Source of the DNA: Candidatus Poribacteria bacterium
GTDB lineage: Bacteria; Poribacteria; WGA-4E; WGA-3G
Length of the DNA: 64,000 bases
Assembly: GCA_965198235.1 (NCBI GenBank)
Contig: OZ240248.1
Location: 960,001 to 1,024,000 of the forward strand
Direction of reading: 5' to 3'
Shown: positions 1 through 8,793 of the stretch, piece by piece
Numbering within the stretch: the stretch's first letter is position 1
Layout: each line of letters starts with the position of its first letter
Translations under genes and position numbers: made by a program
The notes under the pieces: generated by a model
The model's input: the letters and a program-made list of their open reading frames with translations, nothing else
Database searches by the model: none
Told to the model about the DNA's origin: nothing

Positions 1-633
1 GGCAAGTCTGTCTCCCACAGCAGACCAAGAAGGATAGTATTGCCAAATCAGTGCTTTCTTGGGTAGCGGTTGTTCCTGCGCTCGTGTCTGGACGTTGATA
101 AATGTAAGTTGAGACGCGAATGGCTGGTCTACAGAGTAGGCAATTTCAGTGCCATCCGGCGACCATGAGGGATACCAGCCTTTCGCAATATGTTCATCCT
201 CTTGTTCTCCAAGGGGCGCAATGTGGATATCAGAATTAAGATTACCCAACTTCGCGTTCACATAAGCGATGTGTTTGCCATCGGGCGACCATGTTGGATT
301 GGTTCTATAAATTTTCGTTTTTCTCTTGAAGACACGTCGAACGTTGGTTCCATCTGGGTCCATCAGGTAAAGGTCTCGAACACCCCCGCGATCGGAGATG
401 AAAAGAATCTTTTCGCCCGTAGGTGACCAGACGGCTTGCAGATCATTTCCAGGATGTTGTGTTAGTCTCACCTGTTCGCTGCCATCTGGGTTCATGGTGT
501 ATACTTCTCTGTTTCCGTCGCGTGTAGAGGTAAACAGGATTTTAGGGGTCGTTGGTGCTTTTGCGAAAAGTGGAAAAACGTTCGCACACAATAGCATCAC
601 ACTGATGATGTAAAAGACGAGTGGATGTTTCAT
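1..633 (-). CDS. TolB-like PD40 beta-propeller secreted protein, 3' end outside window
   Basis: Not in the ORF track; hand-translated from ATG 633 with GGAGG SD: MKHPLVFYIISVMLLCANVFPLFAKAPTTPKILFTSTRDGNREVYTMNPDGS...AVWSPTG...PTWSPDG...PSWSPDG; paralog of 1160..2128. Confidence 0.85.
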   Translation of the reverse strand, partial: MKHPLVFYIISVMLLCANVFPLFAKAPTTPKILFTSTRDGNREVYTMNPDGSEQVRLTQHPGNDLQAVWSPTGEKILFISDRGGVRDLYLMDPDGTNVRRVFKRKTKIYRTNPTWSPDGKHIAYVNAKLGNLNSDIHIAPLGEQEDEHIAKGWYPSWSPDGTEIAYSVDQPFASQLTFINVQTRAQEQPLPKKALIWQYYPSWSAVGDRLA

Positions 634-695
634 AGGTATTCCTCCGATAATGACTTAAAAGACGTAATATACACAACATATACACAACGCGGGGG

Positions 696-725
696 AGCGT
701 GGGGCAGCAGAAACTGCCACACGCT
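696..725 (-). terminator. GC-rich hairpin 3' of the small-peptide gene (terminator or stabiliser)
   Basis: AGCGTG-G-GGCAG-cagaaa-CTGCC-A-CACGCT; no clear U-tract on the minus strand. Confidence 0.45.
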
Positions 726-773
726 GAAAAGTCAACAAGATTATGACGGTCTACGCCATAATCTACATTGACA

Positions 774-1004
774 TTATGAGCCACATGAACCCCAAGGGTT
801 AAAGGGACCGTGACACTTCAACCCATCAGGGCAGTCGTACTTAGTCAGACATTGCCATGCTTCTGCCCGTGGAGTGCCAACAATAGCCTGTGCGAGTAGC
901 ACGCTACTCACCGCCACACCGAGCGTCAGTGGGGATTTGATGCCCACTTTGCCTTCCTCGGATTGGACAAACTCGCGGATTTTACCGCGGAGATTCTTTT
1001 TCAT
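774..1004 (-). CDS. 76-aa small exported Cys-rich peptide, candidate RiPP-like precursor
   Basis: AAGGAG SD before ATG 1004: MKKNLRGKIREFVQSEEGKVGIKSPLTLGVAVSSVLLAQAIVGTPRAEA-WQCLTKYDCPDGLKCHGPFNPWGSCGS (C-terminal part of track ORF 774..1247). Confidence 0.8.
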   Translation of the reverse strand: MKKNLRGKIREFVQSEEGKVGIKSPLTLGVAVSSVLLAQAIVGTPRAEAWQCLTKYDCPDGLKCHGPFNPWGSCGS

Positions 1005-1159
1005 CTCGATTTTTCTCCTTTCTGCCGGTGCTTCTGTTCCGGCAAGATTGGATTCCCAAACGGTGTTGGGAATACCATCTCCAGGACGCATACTATCGTT
1101 GCAGAAGTGAAGCCCTTCCCCTTGGACACGCTTTCTAAAGAAACTATTTCTGTATGATA

Positions 1160-2128
1160 TTAGTTCTGTGTTTTCAGTTTCCCCCACGTGGTCGTCAAAA
1201 GGGACGGCTGGGGTGAGACCGGCAAAGCAAACGCGGGATCGAACCAATTCGCGCGGAAGTTATCACCCCGGTGTGTGAGCTTTTCTGGGACACCACCGTC
1301 CAAAGCGATTTTGAAGAGTTGTCTGAAATCACCAACCCACTTACTGTAAATGAGTTCATTCCCGTGCGGTGACCAAGTAGGGTTATACGCTGACGCGTCA
1401 TCTCCAACATCAATAATCTTCCTGAATCCACTACCGTCTCGGTTCACAACATGGATACCCATAGTGTCCCCTACTTGCCTACCAGCCCAAGAAAAGGCTA
1501 TCTGAGCACTATCGGGTGCCCAGGCAGGACCAAGCATCCGTATCTTCCCCGGAATCAGTTCCTCTTCTACATGCGTTTGTGGATTGATAATCTGGACCCT
1601 GGACTTCGACAATCTGAGATTTCCGTTGTCAGCCCAAGCAAACTCGCCTGCCATAAAGGCTATCTCAGAACCGTTGGGAGACCACGCAGGCCATAAGCCT
1701 TTTGCAAGTTCTTCCTCATCTTTTCCGTCACTTGAGGCGGTGTAGATAGAGAGTGTGTGAAATCGGTGATAAGCAAGTGCCTTTCCATCAGGTGCCCACG
1801 TTGGAAACTCTCTCCCTATTAATTTTTTGAATACCTGACGCACATTCGTTCCATCTGGATCCATAAGGTAAATATCCTCTATCCCGTCTCGATCCGAGGT
1901 GAAAAGGATCTGTTCACCTGTCGGCGACCAGACAGGCGAGGAGTCCTTGGCACGGTGCTGAGTTAAGTTTATCTGATCAGAGCCATCCGGGTTCATGATA
2001 TAAATCTCAAAGTTGCCATCCCGCCGTGATGTAAATACGACTTTGACAGTTTCCGGGGCTTTTGCGAGAACAGCGGAGAGGGGAGCAAAGATAAGGAATA
2101 TGCTAAGCACAGAACATAAGCGTTTCAT
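1160..2128 (-). CDS. TolB-like PD40 beta-propeller secreted protein with C-terminal PVSP...LTTTWGKLK tail
   Basis: Signal peptide MKRLCSVLSIFLIFAPLSAVLA; FTSRRDGNFEIY; repeated P-x-W-S/A-P-D/N-G; GGAGG SD favours ATG 2128. Confidence 0.9.
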   Translation of the reverse strand: MKRLCSVLSIFLIFAPLSAVLAKAPETVKVVFTSRRDGNFEIYIMNPDGSDQINLTQHRAKDSSPVWSPTGEQILFTSDRDGIEDIYLMDPDGTNVRQVFKKLIGREFPTWAPDGKALAYHRFHTLSIYTASSDGKDEEELAKGLWPAWSPNGSEIAFMAGEFAWADNGNLRLSKSRVQIINPQTHVEEELIPGKIRMLGPAWAPDSAQIAFSWAGRQVGDTMGIHVVNRDGSGFRKIIDVGDDASAYNPTWSPHGNELIYSKWVGDFRQLFKIALDGGVPEKLTHRGDNFRANWFDPAFALPVSPQPSLLTTTWGKLKTQN

Positions 2129-2238
2129 GATGCTTTCCTCCATAGCGTCTACTATAGAAAGTAGGGTTGGCACGGGATATACTTTTTTTTTATCGGCGAT
2201 TGGCTGTGATTGACATCCTTGGTATGCATAGACATATC

Positions 2239-2358
2239 TTATTCCACTGCAACCGAAAGCTCAACAACGCGTGCTTTCTCGAGGTCTGCCGCATAAAGGG
2301 CGTTCTCTGCTTCAAAGATATGTAGAGGATGTAAGGTCTTGGGAAAGAAATTTTGCAC
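2239..2358 (-). pseudogene. 39-aa ORF resembling the N-terminal RRE/winged-helix strands of peptide-modifying enzymes; probably truncated
   Basis: GAGGT SD + GTG: MQNFFPKTLHPLHIFEAENALYAADLEKARVVELSVAVE*; first ORF after the promoter at 2449-2476; family resemblance from memory only. Confidence 0.45.
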
Positions 2359-2391
2359 TTGTCTACCTCTTTGTTTTCGCCTCGGCAAGTT

Positions 2392-2447
2392 GATAAAACT
2401 TTCCACGCTTTATAACTTAGATAAAACTTTCCACACTTTATAACTTA
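2392..2447. repeat. 28-bp tandem duplication
   Basis: GATAAAACTTTCCAC(G/A)CTTTATAACTTA x2, one mismatch. Confidence 0.9.
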
Positions 2448-2448
2448 A

Positions 2449-2476
2449 AGACACATCTATTGGCGAAAAAGGTGCA
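2449..2476 (-). promoter_or_regulatory. ECF-type promoter TGCACC-N16-GTGTCT (leftward)
   Basis: Same hexamers and spacing as 2827-2854 and 37957-37984. Confidence 0.7.
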
Positions 2477-2826
2477 TACTGTTAAAAAAGCCTCAGAAAA
2501 CAAATGCGTTTTATGCTACAATTGGGTTAGCCTTCTCATCGCGATCGAGTCGCACGGACGCGTCAATTGAAAACATCCACACAAAAAACCGAACTATTGA
2601 CCAATGTAGTGTTTCATCCATTTTGAATTTTAGGGTTAGTTTGTAGTATTACGATTTATCGTACTGCCTCGCAGTGAGAGAAACGGGCAATGAATTGCCC
2701 CACTACGAACGGGATTACCCTCACTTTGAGACTGGATAGGGTAGTAGGAGGATTTCTTGCCCTAAACCAGCCAACAATCCGTAAAAAAACAAAAAATCTG
2801 CATTTTTTAAATATTTTTCATATAAA

Positions 2827-2854
2827 TGCACCCTTTCCACAATAAACTGTGTCT
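2827..2854 (+). promoter_or_regulatory. ECF-type promoter TGCACC-N16-GTGTCT upstream of the ECF sigma gene
   Basis: TGCACC ctttccacaataaact GTGTCT; position typical of ECF autoregulation. Confidence 0.7.
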
Positions 2855-2948
2855 TTTAATTAAAAAGGACAGTGCAATTCTATTAAACTTTTAATGAGGA
2901 GGATGTTTCATTAACCAAGATTATTAACCAAGATTATGGAGAATTCTG

Positions 2949-5903
2949 ATGGTAGATAACGATGTGCAACTGATTCGCAGAATTTTGTCGGGCGACGACG
3001 AAGCGTTCAGTATATTAATGCGGAAACACCAAAAGGGTGTTCACGCCCTTATATGGCGGAAAATTGGGAATTTCCAGAGTGCCGAGGAAATTACCCAAGA
3101 CACCTTCATTCAAGTCTACAAAAAACTTGGGACACTGGAGGATCCAAACCGATTTGATGGATGGCTTTATGTCATCGCCAATCGGCTCTGCATTAATTGG
3201 ATAAAGCGGAATAAAGCGAAAATGGACAGGTTGAATATGCAATCGTTAGAGGAGACACTTCCAGAAGAAGTAGCAGAAGCTTCCCACCTACACCATGCTG
3301 AAACTGAAGCCGAAAAGCGTCGCCAGAATCTCGTCAAAACGCTTCTGGAGAAACTTCCAGAGAGTGAGCGCACCGTCGTGACGCTCTACTACCTCGGCGA
3401 AATGACGGCGAAGGAGATTGGCAAATTCTTAGGTGTGTCGGTGAATACTATTAAGAGCCGACTCCGACGCGCACGCAAACGTCTACAAGAGGAAGAAGCA
3501 CTGGTACGCGAAACGCTGAGCGGTGTGCAATTGTCTGACAATCTCACTGAGAACGTCATGCGACACATTGCCGACCTGAGCCCGACATCAACACCACCCG
3601 CTAAGAAACCCTTACTCCCTTTGGCAGCTCTCAGTGCCGCAGTCGTCTTGGTGATACTCTTCGGCATCGGCGGTCAATACCTCCTCCGGTTTCAGCAGCC
3701 CTATAGTTTTGACGCACAATCCGAACCTACGATTGAACTCGTTGATGAGCCTATCTACCTTGAGATTGTCGCAAAACCCGCGGTGCGGAATCAGATCGGC
3801 AGAACAATTATCCCCAGTAAAAACAGCGGTGCCGGCATGCAAACCTCGCAGACCACCCTCACAACAAACATACCGGACGACGATGCCACCCAGTTTTCCA
3901 ATTCACAGTGGACACAGTCAATCGGACCGAAAGGTAGTATCGTCTTCAACATCTTTGAAGCCGCTGACGGAACAATCTATGCTGCCGCAAAAACAGGGCT
4001 CTATAAACTGACACCCGACGCAACATGGGTGCTTATAAATGCCGATATCCCCACCGGACAGTACCGAGTGCCTATCACAGAACACCAAGGCACCCTCTAT
4101 ACCGTTTCTACTGATGAGGTGTTCGCTTCAGGAGATCGCGGTGAAACGTGGAACGCTCTTGGAACACGTCCAAAGGGCATCGCAAATGGACTCATTGTCA
4201 CAGCAGCAACCCAAAAACATGATCCCAACGCAACTCTAACGCTGTACCTTGCCCTTCAAGAAAAAGGAATCTTTCGATCTACTGATGCCGGTCAGTACTG
4301 GGTCCCCATAAACAACGGATTGACAGGGAAACGGATTTTTACAATCGCTGCAATAGGAAACACTCTATTCGCTGGCACAAACCAAGGCCTCTATCGCCTC
4401 AGTTCAAGCAACTGGCAGCAATTGATTACTGACGCAGTTGGCACCGTTTACGCCTTGACCGTCGACGAAAACAACCTCTATGTTGGAATGGCACCCGATG
4501 TCGTCTACTCGGAATCCAGTAAATCATATCCAAAAATACCGAACCTTGATGTATTACAAAAAAGGATTTTCCATTCGGCAGATCTTGGAGACTCATGGAC
4601 TGAAATAACACCTATAGATGACTCTCGAGTCATGAACTTTGAATCTGCTATACAGGTTCTGGCTGTAGGTAAAACCCTCTTCGTCCTCGGCGTAACCGAA
4701 TTTCGATCCATTGATGGTGGGAAAACTTGGACACCCCTCAGATCTAACATCAGCTCACTTGACGTTCCGAGATTCCCAGCTGTCGCTATCGATGAGAATA
4801 CATTTTACAAAGCCGATGCATGCGGGATCAGCCGCACAACCGATGCAGGTGATTCTTGGCACCCTTATGTAGACGGAATGACAGGTCCCGCAACGTACGA
4901 CTTGATTGCCCTAAATCATAGACTCTATATGCATATCGGCGGAGACCTTGTCCAGTCAACTGATGGGGGTGAGACTTGGGAAAGTGTTCACTTCAATACC
5001 CACGAGTACACACAAATGGGTTATCGGTCTTCGGTTAACGGTTATAACAAAAACCTCTTAACCGATAACCGATACCTAACGACTGACGACCGTTTCGATA
5101 TCGACTTCTATGACAACATAAAACTAACGATTGCTGATAACGTCCTCCATGCCATTTCAATTAAGGAGAACAAACCGTTTATCTTCCGCACGTCCACTTC
5201 GGACGATGAACTCATCCCGATTCATGGAGTCCCCGCTTTCGAAGCCGAGGCAGCACCAGACAATCGCAATACCTCGGCATATATGTTGCATCTACTAAGA
5301 AAAAAACGCACGAACATCGGAGCCTTCGCCGTCGGTGGTGGAACATTTTACGCTGAATACAAGGAGCGGCTTTTCAAATGGAAACCCGGCAATCCTGAAT
5401 GGACAGACACAGGATTAGTCAACATCGACTTCCAATCTGCAGTGGCTGTTTCTGGGAAAACCCTCTACGTCGGTAACGGGAATGGAAAATTGTTTCAATC
5501 CTTTGACAACGGAGACAGTTGGAAAGACATCACGTCAACGCTACCGATCCGCCTTGCACATTTCAAGGAGATCACCTTCGCGGGTTCAACCGTTTGTATC
5601 GCAACCGACAAAGGTGTCTTAATCTCAAAAACTGGAGAACACTGGCAAGTCATCACCGATAAAAACCGTATGCCCACCGTCATAGACAGATTCGCTGTAG
5701 ACGGCTCGACAATCTACGGTGCCGGCGATAGCGGTGCCTATCGATTAGATGCTCACAGCGAATGGGAATTGCTTTCCGCAGATGTCCCCAATAGGATTCA
5801 ATCACTCGTTATCAGTAACAATCGACTTCACGTCGGAACCCATTCCCACGGCATGTTCCACATCTCGCTTAAGGAGCAAACAGATATAGCGAACTCGTTC
5901 TAA
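2949..5903 (+). CDS. ECF sigma-70 factor fused via a TM helix to an extracytoplasmic BNR/Asp-box beta-propeller
   Basis: Region 2 AEEITQDTFIQVY...FDGWLYVIANRLC; region 4 LPESERTVVTLYY...EIGKFLGVSVNTIKSRLRRAR; TM LAALSAAVVLVILFGIG; many S-x-D-x-G-x-T/S-W Asp boxes. Confidence 0.9.
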   Translation: MVDNDVQLIRRILSGDDEAFSILMRKHQKGVHALIWRKIGNFQSAEEITQDTFIQVYKKLGTLEDPNRFDGWLYVIANRLCINWIKRNKAKMDRLNMQSLEETLPEEVAEASHLHHAETEAEKRRQNLVKTLLEKLPESERTVVTLYYLGEMTAKEIGKFLGVSVNTIKSRLRRARKRLQEEEALVRETLSGVQLSDNLTENVMRHIADLSPTSTPPAKKPLLPLAALSAAVVLVILFGIGGQYLLRFQQPYSFDAQSEPTIELVDEPIYLEIVAKPAVRNQIGRTIIPSKNSGAGMQTSQTTLTTNIPDDDATQFSNSQWTQSIGPKGSIVFNIFEAADGTIYAAAKTGLYKLTPDATWVLINADIPTGQYRVPITEHQGTLYTVSTDEVFASGDRGETWNALGTRPKGIANGLIVTAATQKHDPNATLTLYLALQEKGIFRSTDAGQYWVPINNGLTGKRIFTIAAIGNTLFAGTNQGLYRLSSSNWQQLITDAVGTVYALTVDENNLYVGMAPDVVYSESSKSYPKIPNLDVLQKRIFHSADLGDSWTEITPIDDSRVMNFESAIQVLAVGKTLFVLGVTEFRSIDGGKTWTPLRSNISSLDVPRFPAVAIDENTFYKADACGISRTTDAGDSWHPYVDGMTGPATYDLIALNHRLYMHIGGDLVQSTDGGETWESVHFNTHEYTQMGYRSSVNGYNKNLLTDNRYLTTDDRFDIDFYDNIKLTIADNVLHAISIKENKPFIFRTSTSDDELIPIHGVPAFEAEAAPDNRNTSAYMLHLLRKKRTNIGAFAVGGGTFYAEYKERLFKWKPGNPEWTDTGLVNIDFQSAVAVSGKTLYVGNGNGKLFQSFDNGDSWKDITSTLPIRLAHFKEITFAGSTVCIATDKGVLISKTGEHWQVITDKNRMPTVIDRFAVDGSTIYGAGDSGAYRLDAHSEWELLSADVPNRIQSLVISNNRLHVGTHSHGMFHISLKEQTDIANSF
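5019..5091. repeat. Heptamer-rich palindromic repeat (family C) in frame inside the ECF gene
   Basis: GGTTATCGGTCTTCGGTTAACGGTTA...CCTCTTAACCGATAACCGATACC...GACTGACGACC; shares the CTCTTAAC core with intergenic copies. Confidence 0.7.
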
Positions 5904-5951
5904 GCTTTCCCGATTCCCGACTTTCTTATTATGAACGGAGGAATAGGAAAT

Positions 5952-6356
5952 ATGGATCCAAACTATAGATACAAGGGCGCACGTCTTAAGCCTAAAATCG
6001 CTAAAGCAATTATCTTAGAGCAATTCGCAGGAAAAACCATGAGCAGGCGAGAGATTGATGACGGCGTTATCCAACACCATCAATCAAACGGTGGGCTTCC
6101 ATCAACAGCGAAAACAAACCCTATTAAAGCGGCACTTAGATATTTAAAAGGCAAAGGGTTTGCCGAAAATGTTTCCAGAGGTTCAGGTAGCACTTGGCGA
6201 ATTTTTGAAAATCCCAAACCCGTTTCTGAACCGTTGGACACCCATGGGCTCATCGTAGTTATTAGAGCAGAAATCCAATATCTTACAACACTGATAGAAT
6301 CTTTTGAGCGTCGAATCTCTGAACTCGAAGCAACGCTCACCAAAGACAGTCAATAG
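5952..6356 (+). CDS. Hypothetical protein, winged-helix-like N-terminus plus C-terminal coiled coil
   Basis: GGAGG SD; MSRREID...IKAALRYLKGKG...TWRI; heptad tail EIQYLTTLIESFERRISELEATL. Confidence 0.7.
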   Translation: MDPNYRYKGARLKPKIAKAIILEQFAGKTMSRREIDDGVIQHHQSNGGLPSTAKTNPIKAALRYLKGKGFAENVSRGSGSTWRIFENPKPVSEPLDTHGLIVVIRAEIQYLTTLIESFERRISELEATLTKDSQ

Positions 6357-6597
6357 CCCTCTCCTTTTCTGACAGATTTCTAACATAGAAAACGCACGAG
6401 ACGACTTTCCCGTAAACTCACAACATCCACAACCATGAACCTCTCACACTAAATAATGTTTAACAACTACAAACCAACAAACGCATCAACTTATGGGGAG
6501 GCTCCACAATCGCCCGGCATCCTCCCCTCCTCCATTTCCTAACTTTCTCATGCCCTCCCGATAAGGGACTGAGGGTTACTGACCGCTGATCGCTGAC

Positions 6598-6750
6598 TGC
6601 GAGAACCGACGCATTCCGAGTCATCATGTCTTTAGAGGAATCGCCAAGCGCACAAGAACCTCGGTCGGATGGTTTTATGGGTTCAAACTTCACCGCGTCG
6701 TCAACGAACACGGAGAACTCTTGGCATTTACGTTTACACCTGCTAACACA
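6598..6750 (+). mobile_element. IS982-family transposase fragment
   Basis: Hand translation CENRRIPSHHVFRGIAKRTRTSVGWFYGFKLHRVVNEHGELLAFTFTPANT matches the IS982 GWFYGFKLH...N..GE motif; no start codon or C-terminus. Confidence 0.85.
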
Positions 6751-6999
6751 TCGGTAATCAGCACCAATGCAGGAGCAAAATAAATCTATCAATTTCTTTC
6801 TTATGAGAGATTGCTTCTCCATAAAACCCCTACGGATGCAGGGTAGGTACAAGACCTACCCCCTACAGACTATCTATACGATTTTCTACAACAAATTTCT
6901 ACAGACATACCACCCCTATAGGGCGAGGAATTGCTTTTTGTTTTAAAAATTTTGTGCTTAAACGCCGAGAACCTGTTAGGTAGCAATTTAGGTTAGTCT

Positions 7000-7230
7000 G
7001 TAGGTTGGGTTGAACGGGAATTATTAAAAAATCGTACACAGAAAATCACTTTCACAGTACAGGAGAACCCCTGATATCCCCAAAGCCCGAGTGAAACCCA
7101 ACGCTTTTTTCCTATGAAAGTGGTGGGTTTGTTGGGTTTCGCTCTATCTGTTTACAAAAAGTAGCATCTCCGATCTACACTCTCGGTAGAAGCAAGAGGG
7201 GCGGATCTTTTACCGCTCAACCCAACCTAC
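7000..7230. repeat. Inverted pair of extended GTAG-type REP elements (family A)
   Basis: GTAGGTTGGGTTGAACG-spacer-GTGAAACCCAAC at 7000-7102 and the reverse copy at 7131-7230. Confidence 0.85.
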
Positions 7231-7321
7231 ATCTACTGACTCTTGATTAGGGAAATTTCTTAGATATTATTGAGGAATTTTCGTGTAGGGTTTGGAATTT
7301 ACATACGTAGCATTGCAAGTG

Positions 7322-8758
7322 CTACGCTTGACTGAGGTTATCATCTGAATCGTCAGTTTCTTGTTTGTAAGCGTCTAACTTGCGGTGCAGTGTTCGGACC
7401 CCGATGTCAAGAATCTTCGCCGCCTCCGTTTTATTGCCGCCTACTTCTACGAGCGTCTTTTGGATAGCCGCTCGCTCAATTTCTGCCATTGTCATACCGA
7501 CCCTGCCGATGATTTGTTCTTCATCAAGCACGGGTAGATACTCGCCTTGCGCTTGTGAACCGTCCCGCTGTTCCACCGGTGCAGCGATCGGCAAAACTCC
7601 ATTCTGTGCCCGATTCTGAAGCACTTTGGCTATCGTTGAAAGCACTTCCAATGCTTTTTTGAGCACGCCTGCAGCGTCGTCCGTTTCACTAATTTGCATC
7701 CAACTGGTATCTTCATCTGGGATTAGGAACGGCATCTCATGGCTCGCGGTAGCGGTTGGCTCCAGCAAACGGATTGCAGAGAGGATAAGCCCCAAAATCG
7801 TCTTGTAAATCGCCATGTTTTCTGTTGCGATTGCACTACCAGAGGTATCAACAACCTGTAATGACCCTCCCGGCAGATTAAGAAATTCAGTTCCTTCGGT
7901 GGTTGCGTCAACTACTTGTGTAGGTGCGAGTTGCGTGCCTGAGGCTTGCACAGGAAGTAAGGCAACCTGTCCAGATTCCGAATCCAACGGGAAATCTTTA
8001 AGTTGCAGTTCTTCAGTAGTGGACAGAATAATAGCAGTTTCTACGGCATTTCTAAGTTCACGAACGTTGCCGAACCAGTCAGCATTTTGGAGATAATTGC
8101 GTGCTTCTTGGGTTATGCCGGTAATGGGTTTACCGTGTTCTGCGCTTAACTCGGAGATGAACGCAGAGACGAAAAGCGGGATATCCTCGCGCCGATCGCG
8201 CAGGGGTGGAATCTGGATACGAAAAAGGTTCAGTCGGTAGTAGAGGTCTTGCCTAAATTTCTTTTGCCTAACTGATGTCTCAAGGTCAATATTTGTGGCG
8301 GCGATAATTCGGACATCGACATTAATATTTCTTTCGCCACCGAGCCGTGTGAATTCCTGTGTCTCAAGGACACGCAGGAATTTCACCTGCACTTCAGGCG
8401 ACATTTCGCCTATCTCATCCAAAAACAGTGTGCCGCCGTCCGCTTGTTCAAACACACCCCGCCGTTGGCGCGTTGCTCCTGTAAAAGATCCTTTCTCGTG
8501 ACCGAAGAGTTCACTTTGAAGGAGGTCTTGGTAGAACGCGCCGCAGTTGACCGCTTTAAAGGGTCGGTTTTTACGTGGGCTACTTTCGTGGATCGCTCCC
8601 GCGATGACATCTTTGCCAACACCCGTTTCGCCCGTGATGAGGACAGTCGCTTTCGTCGGTGCGACTTGCGCGACCTGGCGCAAAACCGTCTGCATCGGTG
8701 CGGATTCGCCGATAATGCGTCGTGAATTAGCGGTGGTAACAGGTATTGGAAGACTCAT
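7322..8758 (-). CDS. Sigma-54-dependent Fis-family activator without an N-terminal sensor domain
   Basis: GETGVGKD Walker A; ELFGHEKGSFTGA; LFLDEIGE; FRQDLYYRLN; WFGNVREL; HTH GNKTEAAKILDIGVRTLHRKL; ATG 8758 preferred over TTG 8785. Confidence 0.92.
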   Translation of the reverse strand: MSLPIPVTTANSRRIIGESAPMQTVLRQVAQVAPTKATVLITGETGVGKDVIAGAIHESSPRKNRPFKAVNCGAFYQDLLQSELFGHEKGSFTGATRQRRGVFEQADGGTLFLDEIGEMSPEVQVKFLRVLETQEFTRLGGERNINVDVRIIAATNIDLETSVRQKKFRQDLYYRLNLFRIQIPPLRDRREDIPLFVSAFISELSAEHGKPITGITQEARNYLQNADWFGNVRELRNAVETAIILSTTEELQLKDFPLDSESGQVALLPVQASGTQLAPTQVVDATTEGTEFLNLPGGSLQVVDTSGSAIATENMAIYKTILGLILSAIRLLEPTATASHEMPFLIPDEDTSWMQISETDDAAGVLKKALEVLSTIAKVLQNRAQNGVLPIAAPVEQRDGSQAQGEYLPVLDEEQIIGRVGMTMAEIERAAIQKTLVEVGGNKTEAAKILDIGVRTLHRKLDAYKQETDDSDDNLSQA

Positions 8759-8793
8759 CTTTCCTTGCCCTTCTACAACATCCAAAGTTATGT

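Noticed and set aside
542-784. 80-aa Cys-containing ORF as a second precursor
   Set aside because: It overlaps the TolB-like gene start out of frame, runs through a hairpin and has no clear SD.
774-1004. Calling the small peptide an Flp pilin
   Set aside because: It lacks Glu+5/Tyr+6, has a Cys-rich tail after an AxA site, and no tad genes are in view.
6460-6852. 130-aa minus-strand ORF
   Set aside because: Antisense shadow of the IS982 fragment and repeats.
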